Below, in pieces: positions 55,913 to 64,000 of a stretch of DNA of 64,000 nucleotides. The number at the start of each line of letters is the position of its first letter. The first letter of the stretch is position 1. The position numbers and the translations under genes are program-made. The notes under the pieces are model-generated. The model did no database searches. It was given only the letters and a program-made list of their open reading frames with translations, and was not told the DNA's origin. This DNA is from Eledone cirrhosa (lineage: Eukaryota): positions 39,680,001-39,744,000 of the forward strand of contig OZ024746.1 in assembly GCA_964016885.1 (NCBI GenBank). The letters are read 5' to 3'.

Positions 55913-57201
55913 TATATTGTCAGTTCAGGAAATAGTCATATACTTTATATGCAAATGTGCATTGTAGTTACATTTTGATTTTTGTGACATAATATATCTT
56001 TATTGAATCGCTTTGAAGGCGAGTGGCTTAGTGGTTAGGGTATGTAAATCCCCACCGTGTTTGTAATTTATTCTTGTAATGTCCCTCTTGGCAAATAAAG
56101 ACACGATTCTTGCTGTAGCCAGTACTATCATCTCATTGAACATTTGTTGGTGCTACATTTAAAGTAATAGCATCTATTATGTCCACTATGTCCTCGGTTG
56201 ATGCCATTCAGTGACGTGGGACAAAAACAGATTTCTTCCCTCCTCTACCCGGTTTATGCAGGAATATGATATAAAAGGAATGCAAGTGGAAGATGGAAAT
56301 CATCTTAGTAATGCAATATATTCTTACATACATACATACACATAAGCACACACACTCACATGCATTCGCGTACACATGCATACATATGTATGTTTGTATG
56401 TATGTCATATTTGTGTTTTGACGTATGCTTACAAATCATTAACACATGCTTATGTATGACATAGCGTGTAATCAAAGAAGTAATATATTGTATGGAATTA
56501 CTATAAGACACGTTGCAAATATTATAGTAATATTAGACATCATAATGATAAAATATTACAAACCAGTTAGGGAGATAATTAACTTATCTTCGTTATATGC
56601 AAAAGGCTGTTTTCTCGATGATTGATTCGTCTTCTATTGATTTTGTTTACTATCTTCGAAGTTTCCTTAGAAACATAATCCATAGATTGATATAGTGTGG
56701 TTCTTTGAATGCAAGGCTAACAATTCGATCCGCTAATGATGTTATCCTAATTCCAATAATTCTATCTTGATGCTGATTTATCATTCTCTTTATGTTAATA
56801 ATGGATTCTACTTTAGGCAGAAGGTCATTAATTTTGAAGGAGGAGAAAGTCTATTATATTGACCCCAGTAGTTAACTGGTAGATTATTTTATCGTAAATT
56901 TGGCTCCAGCCTGATTTGAACTCAGAGCGCAAATTACTGTATGAAATATTATAAAGGATTTTATCCGACACTCAAACAATTCTGTCAATCCACCACCGCC
57001 TTTTGTGTTAATAGCGAAGGAAATAATCATATTTAAACAGAGAAAATTCATACCCCGTCGCGTACATACATGCGTGTGAATATGTACTTAAATGTACACA
57101 CATACATGCAGGCATTAATATGGATGGGCAGTATTGGTAGAGCGTCAGACACCATGCTTTGCAGCATAGAGTTATGGCCCTTTACGTTCTGAGTTCACTC
57201 T

Positions 57202-57465
57202 GTGGTGACAGTCAAGTTTGCAATTTTCAACAGTTGAAAATTGCAAACTTGACTGTCACCACGCATTATGAACCTGAAGATTGCGAAAGCATGAAAGTAC
57301 TTGTTCAATTAACACTTAACATTTAATATTCTACCATACTATTTCATTCTAATACCATTATAAATTTTAAAGGATTGTAAATAAAACGAGTAAATCAGAC
57401 AAAGTTGGAATTCCTTTTATTCATATAATCTTCTATACACAATCATACACATCCGTGTATATTTA
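57202..57465 (+). mobile_element. HHR element with a 30-bp perfect 5' fold-back (family G)
   Basis: Perfect palindrome 57202-57262 (centre 57232), then an HHR, then an AT-rich 3' part running into (TA)n. It follows a truncated SINE head at 57125-57198. Confidence 0.75.
57269..57307 (+). ncRNA. Very compact type I hammerhead ribozyme (39 nt)
   Basis: TGAAC-CTGAAGA-T-TGC-GAAA-GCA-T-GAAA-GTAC-TT-GTTCA. Confidence 0.8.
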
Positions 57466-57508
<43 letters not shown>

Positions 57509-58073
57509 TGAAATAAAGGATTCTTTCTGTAAACACGTTGTCCTTTTTGTTTAGTGTATCTTGGACTTCATTATCTAATGTACCGTTCCCTTATTTCAAG
57601 ACGGCAGATTAAATTTATCATATTCTACTTTTTGAGATTTAATGCAAAAATAAGAAATCAATAGTGTTTTCATCTCTATAAATATGTAATGTAAATTTAC
57701 TTTCTTTTAATTACAGTTTAAATAAAAAAGATTCCTGTATCATCCATATGTTACCTGCCTGCCTGGAGATTACCTACCACTAGTTGAACATGGCTCTAGC
57801 ATATTCTCTTGGTTAGAAACGAAAGTCATCTGATTTAAACAACTCTAAGGTAAAAGTTTGAAATATTTCTTTACGCCCAACAATTTTTTATAATATATTT
57901 TATGAATACAAAAAGGAAGTGAGGTTGTGACGGCAGCTTGGCATTTAATTATACTTTATAAACTCATGGCAAAGCGTATCCGCACTATTCCCCTAGAATT
58001 GTAGTGATTCAATTCAATTATATCGATGTATATGATTTTGATTAATGAGTTGTTACATTATCAGAATAAATTA

Positions 58074-58280
58074 GGGCAGCGGATTGGCAGTATCGGTACA
58101 GCGTCGGACAACATGCTTCGTGGCATAGAGTTCTGTGTTCAAATCCCGGCGAGATTAGCTTTGCCTTTCATCCTTACGGGGTCGATAAAATAAAGCACCA
58201 GTAATACACTGATGTCGATTTAATCGACTTTCCCCTCGCCTTCAAATTGCTGACCTTGTACCTAAAGTAGAAACAATTAT
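58074..58280 (+). mobile_element. SINE (Nin/Deu-like family) with TSD
   Basis: TSD ATTATCAGAATAAATTA (58057-58073, 58276-58292). Confidence 0.88.
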
Positions 58281-59747
58281 CAGAATAAATTAACGTTTAA
58301 ATTTTACTTCTATACACAGCGAATTGTCTGAGTTGTTAAAGCCATCGGATTAAACGTCTTGATATTTGTTCCGCCTTTCTGTTCAAATTCAGCTGGAGTC
58401 AACTTTACTTTTGGTCCTTTCGGAATCAATAAATAAAATACAAGTCCACGTGAAATGGATTGGCGGAATTGTTAAAGCGTCTGACGGAATGCTTTGTGGC
58501 ATTTGTTCAGACTCTGTGCGTTCTGAGTTCAAATCCCGCCTCCTGTCACCGGAAAAGCGGTGACACTTCTGTCATAGGTTGCGATCGACAGATTGTCTCA
58601 GCAATGACAGGTGAAATGACCTACCGGTTAGAAAGCACTGCCTTGACATCACTATTCTTGACAACCTATATTATCACCAACACAACACAACACAATACAA
58701 TACTGACACACACACATACACATCCATGCACACAGATCCCCCCCCCCCACACACACACACATCTCATCATTTACTCGTATATACATATTCTCTCTCTGAA
58801 GTGAATCCCATTAAAAGGGATAAGGCAAATAAAAAAAGAAGAGATCTATTTGTTAGTTGTACAAATTTCTTATTCGTGGTGTCATTAAGTACGCGAAATG
58901 AAAAGTAAGAAAAAGAAATAAGAGAGGAAAATGAGAATGAGAGATGGGGCGGAGGAGATGCAAAACAAAGCGCAGGCACAACAACACTTTTTCTGGACAT
59001 TAAATGCTTTCTTAACAGAAACGCTAAGAAGTAAACAGATGTAGATGAATGCACTGCTGTTAGCCCTATTATCCAGTCCTAATGAATAACTCCTTCACTC
59101 CATTGTTCAGCTAATCAAAACTACTGGTCTATATCGATTACCATTATGATCGTATACATCTATCGGTTTTTGTATCTTCTCCTCCTCCTGGACTCTTGGT
59201 ATTTGAATATAAAACAAAGAGATCGTTTTGTTTGGCGCACAGCTTTCATTTCATTTACAATACAAAAACCTATTTGCACGAGATTATGACATTAGGATTT
59301 GATGCAACACACTTCCAGTTGGTCATTCAAAGTAATAATGGTTGCTATCTATTGTTATATTCTTTATATAAATCCGCAGTTACCTCTTATTGATTTTTCA
59401 AAATCTATGTTGTGATAAAAGCTTGTCTACATTAAAATATTAATCCTCTGGAGCTTAACCAACAATATGAGAAAGACGACGAAAAACGCAATTTAATTCT
59501 AAAACCACGATAATAGTTTTTTCGATGAATTATTGAAGAAGAAATAGCTGGTGATAGCTTGTCCTAATCATGTCTAAGACTAATTTGCAATGATTAAATA
59601 TAACTGCAGTAGAAAGTGTTTTAAGAGAGCATGTAATCCAAGCCAGTGATAGCCATCTGTTCTGATATTTGACCCTATCAAACAATTTTATACAAATATA
59701 TCAAGTTAATAGATAAGACAACCTACTTCCTTAAAAAGCATGCATAC

Positions 59748-59935
59748 AAAGTTCCTGGCTTTGGGTAAAAGAAAATACAGAAGGATTTTATTCAGCTCAT
59801 TCTCTTCTCAGATTCACACACTTATTGCAACAGTCCTTTAGTTTTTCTAAGCCCTGTAAAAATAACTCCGATGACTGGGTCTCCACCAGGCCTCTGTAAT
59901 AGCGATCAAGCCAGGAACTTTTCAGCTCACCCTCG
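59748..59935. mobile_element. Mariner-type non-autonomous element remnant
   Basis: AAAGTTCCTGGCTT...AAGCCAGGAACTTT inverted repeat; the right end reads ...CACCCTCG. Confidence 0.55.
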
Positions 59936-60130
59936 TGTATGCATTTTCCCCCGTTCCTTTCTGTTCTCATTCTTTATCTTTCTATTGTATCTTCTACTTC
60001 TAACTCTACCCTCTGGTGAAAGACTAGTGTCCGAAACGTTAAGACGCTTTTCCTGCTATTTCAGGCATTAAACTAATATAGTTCTACGATGTGCTGTGTC
60101 GTTTGCTTTGTTATTTCTGTTCACCTTTTA
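59936..60130 (+). mobile_element. HHR-bearing repeat, family B copy 3
   Basis: CTGGTGA-A-AGAC-TAGT-GTCC-GAAA-CG-TT-AAGA at 60013-60044; the 3' end runs into (CA)n. Confidence 0.7.
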
Positions 60131-60170
60131 CACACACACACGCACCCCACACACACATACACACACACAC

Positions 60171-60226
<56 letters not shown>

Positions 60227-60347
60227 TTTAAACAGCAGGTTTAGAGGAGTTGCCTATCTAATCCGCCCATGCAACAAATTGTACTAGGTATTCCAACTTA
60301 CCAATAGCACTCAAGAGTAACCTACACAGACGCGGACACACGCACAG

Positions 60348-60448
<101 letters not shown>

Positions 60449-60461
60449 GTCGTTGTAGGGT

Positions 60462-60534
<73 letters not shown>

Positions 60535-60892
60535 TGTGTGTGTGTGTGTGTGCGTATATACATATATATATATACACATACACGCACATACTTATACATT
60601 ATGCAGACAAGTGAAACACAACAGAACAAAACTTTTGAAAATGGCGGGTTCTATATTGCGACCCAGCGTATGTAAAGGTCAACAAGTTTCATCTTTATTA
60701 CTCATCACATCACTTTGATCCTTTTTCTTCTCTCTATTCACTTCATTTTCCCATGACCCTTTACACACACACACCCCAATTAATACTGACCGATATACAT
60801 CAATGGCTCTAAAGTGTTGTTAAAAATAACTTCACACATACGCACGAATACGTTAATATTCACGTACACACACACACATAGACAGACGCAGA

Positions 60893-60980
<88 letters not shown>

Positions 60981-61425
60981 CGTGTGTGTGTGTGTTATTT
61001 ACATACGTAAACTTGTATACTCTTTCACGCACTCTCTGTGTATATATATATATATATATATCCGAATAAGCACTCAATACAAGTGAATAGACTGCAAAAT
61101 CTATTTTTTAAAGAGAAATGTGGTAAGGTCTTCGAAGCTTCAGTTATATATATATATATATCATAAATCATGTCCTTAGAATCATTAGATAAAATATATA
61201 TACTATTTCCTCTCCCAATTAGCATAATAAACCATATCAAAAATCAATTAGACCAGGCTATAAGAATAAAGGCTCCTATGAAGAAATATTTGATAAATAA
61301 CTGAAAGCAGCCTCTTCGCGGTTGACCACGATAGAGTATTTACCCAACATTTCAACAGCATGTAGAAACTGACCAAATATACCGTCAACCATACACAATT
61401 AGGTATAAATTTAAAGTTAGAAGAA

Positions 61426-61462
<37 letters not shown>

Positions 61463-61604
61463 TCACTTCTCATTTTTTGAATCGGTTCGAGCACTTCTTT
61501 CAGAACTGCTGGACTGGCAACCTGACAGATACCTCAGGCACAGAAAGTGATTATCGCTAAATGCTGATGTTGGTTAGATTATCAATATTAGTATTATTGG
61601 GGCA

Positions 61605-61731
61605 CCCACTGATGAATTATAGGAGCCCACTTGAATATATATCTATTGATGGTATACAAGCTCCTACATAAATTGGTATAATTTCACCCAAATTGTAGGA
61701 ATCCTATAATGAAACGAGACGTCCGTCTGGG
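61605..61731 (+). ncRNA. Type I hammerhead ribozyme with a branched stem II (family H)
   Basis: CCCA-CTGATGA-ATTATAGGA-[two hairpins]-TCCTATAAT-GAAA-CG-AGACGTC-CG-TC-TGGG. Predicted cleavage after 61727. Confidence 0.82.
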
Positions 61732-61902
61732 AAGAGATATATTAGATATGTCTCATATGAAATAATACAGCCAATTTTCTACGCAATACTTTTAGTTAGC
61801 ACCCCGAACACATAATTGGGAATATGATCACTTATTTCCTAATGTTTGTTGAGTGAGTTGGAATTTGGCCGGAGTATCGCTAAAAAGCTTTCTCCGATAT
61901 TG

Positions 61903-61966
<64 letters not shown>

Positions 61967-62190
61967 TAAAAATTAGCGAGAATCGAATTTCAGCCCATGA
62001 ATTAACGAGAATCACTTTCGAGTTGTGAGGCAAGCGCTCTATAATTCATATGAATTAGAGCTTACAACTTACGTTAAAGGCCAAACACACTGAGATGGTG
62101 GTTAAACTAATCATCCACACAGCGAAGATTCGATCTCCTATTTCGGCTCAAACAGATATACAGATATAAAAATATAAATGGTTGAAAGCT

Positions 62191-62221
<31 letters not shown>

Positions 62222-62223
<2 letters not shown>

Positions 62224-62490
62224 AGGAGGTGAGTTTTATTGTAGTACAATAAAGCAATGCAGATATCGGATAAGAAGCACTCTACAGTTTGTAGGACTGG
62301 AGTATACATAATATATCAGAACATATGTTGATTTAAAACTGCACTATCCACAAGTGTTTTTAATCCTTCATATCATGTCTTCCTGTTTTATCTGATGAAA
62401 ACGCAAATATTATTGCATGATGATATTTGTTTTTGAAATGCGCATAATAAAATTCATGGAACTCTTTTAACCATCTTTTGTTCTTATATA
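62222..62490. mobile_element. Family A copy 3 (inverted tail plus sense arm)
   Basis: Inverted tail 62222-62322 fused to sense arm 62323-62490, with microsatellite flanks. Confidence 0.85.
62385..62453 (+). ncRNA. Type I minimal hammerhead ribozyme (family A)
   Basis: GTTTTAT-CTGATGA-AAACGCAAATAT...ATATTTGTTTTT-GAAA-TGCGCA-TA-ATAAAAT. Confidence 0.88.
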
Positions 62491-62778
62491 TATATATATA
62501 TATTATATACATATACATAAGAAGAAAAGCTGATATTTTGTTGCGAATTTTCAGTATATTAAGGAAACATTTCAACTTGCTTACATTTCAATTGACAGAA
62601 AACTTTATTCATATTACTTCTATCATCTATTTTGAGAACCCTCAATCAGATAATCCAGGATTTATCACTTGGACATTTAAAACCTAAAGATGCCCATTCT
62701 CCATTTGGTCGGAACGAAGCCGATTTCTTCTAGGAAATGATGAAAGAGAAACTTGACACCATCACTGAATTGGTATGT

Positions 62779-63129
62779 CAGAGATTCTCAAAGTGGCCGT
62801 TACCGGGGGGGGGGTGAGAAGGTCCAGGGGGAGTTGGGGCCTAAGGGGGTGCTAGAGATGATATAATAGTATATTAAATATCAAATCATACATATTGCAT
62901 TTAAATATAGTAAAATAAAAAATATATAATATTTATTTATTCATAGTTTATATCATATAAATTATTATATATAAATTAACGGTTTTATATATTTTATATT
63001 ATTTACAATTTGCGTGTAGTCAGGTCTCTCTGGAAATATGGGTGGTGGTAGGTGTGGTGGGACGTTTAGGGTATTAGTGGCCGTGGGGGGTAGGGGGGGG
63101 GGGCGGTCCAAAACATTTGAGAACCTCTG
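62779..63129. mobile_element. Non-autonomous hAT-type element
   Basis: TIRs CAGAGATTCTCAAA / TTTGAGAACCTCTG; the flanks TGGTATGT / TGGTGCTG are a degraded possible TSD. Confidence 0.7.
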
Positions 63130-63569
63130 TGGTGCTGTATTTTATCGACTTCAAAGGATGAAGAGTAAAGTTGACTTCGGTGGAATTTGAACTCAGATCT
63201 CAGTGAGCTGGAATAAATTTCGAATCACTTCTAAGGCGTTCTCTCATATGGTTTTGTCGCGATCAAATTAAATTAAAAAATAGATCCTTATCTTGTTCAA
63301 ACTTCGTTGAATCTTCAGTATACTGTGAGACGTTCACCATAGTTCTTCACTTTATACTTGTTATGATTTTCTTAGGTTTCTGTTGTAATATTCTTCTATT
63401 TCTTCCTCTAATATTCCCATACAACTTGATTCCGCTACATTTAGATTCATTAGTGCGAATGGTGATGAAGGGTGAATCTAGCTGCTATTTCTAGCAAAAT
63501 CGAGAGAATTCTTGTTCCTTTAGAGAGATATTAATGAAGGTGGTAATGGCGATGAAGAGGATGCTATTG

Positions 63570-63573
63570 ATGA

Positions 63574-63632
<59 letters not shown>

Positions 63633-63931
63633 ATGGTGGGGGTGATGGTGGTTATAGTATTAGTAATAATCATAGATACAGTGATGCCAATGGTGTTATT
63701 GTTCGTGGTGGTGAAGTTAGTGGCGTTGGCCCAGGAGGTGGTGTAGTAGTAATAGTAGTAGTGGAGTTGGTGGTGGTGGTGGAGGTGGTGGTGGTGGTTA
63801 CAGCAATAAGCTTTATAGGAACGGTAGTTTTTACAGTAATGGTGGTTGTAGTAGTGGTACTCTTTGCGATAGTGTTGATGTTGTTAATAGTGATGGAGAT
63901 GATGATGCTGCTGCTGCTGATGATGATGATG

Positions 63932-63966
<35 letters not shown>
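63570..63966. repeat. Compound trinucleotide repeats (TAG/TGG/TGA/CAT)
   Basis: Direct reading. Confidence 0.85.
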
Positions 63967-64000
63967 GTTTATTAGTCATGCGCACAGCACACATAGCCAT

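Noticed and set aside
58543-58612. Two adjacent hairpins (TGTCACCG/CGGTGACA and CTGTCAT/ATGACAG) after a SINE fragment
   Set aside because: Single occurrence with no ribozyme core or covariation evidence.
62010-62080. Hairpin GAGTTGTGAG...CTTACAACTT followed by GAAA on the minus strand
   Set aside because: It could be stem II of a dead HHR, but the core position reads TTAACGT and no stem I forms.

Overview
This is AT-rich, microsatellite-saturated animal DNA, most likely intronic or intergenic. The SINE families suggest octopus/cephalopod, which is an inference from remembered repeat sequence. The only long ORFs with real protein signatures belong to two decayed L1/Tx1-clade LINEs in tandem on the minus strand (about 38.2-48.4 kb). 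Nearly all other ORFs are translated simple repeats, and there is one candidate host exon at 6444-6677 (-). The window also holds many tRNA-derived SINEs, small hAT and Tc1/mariner non-autonomous elements, and RTE fragments. The main signal is non-coding: at least 8 sequence-distinct families of short elements sit in (TA)n or (CA)n tracts and carry type I hammerhead ribozyme (HHR) motifs. About 7 sense-strand HHRs look intact, and there are also mirror and degraded copies. Five of these elements are long fold-back palindromes with an HHR on each strand, and only one arm carries an extra 3' tail. The families share a palindromic stem III, usually a C·Y mismatch at position 4 of stem II, and a covarying tail motif (RCTC...GAGY-RCTC) just past the end of the tail-less arm. 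One family has a compensatory U3-A8 catalytic core. The architecture fits Penelope-like element (PLE) pseudo-LTR remnants, but no PLE ORF is present in the window. All RNA structures were folded by eye and none has been tested.
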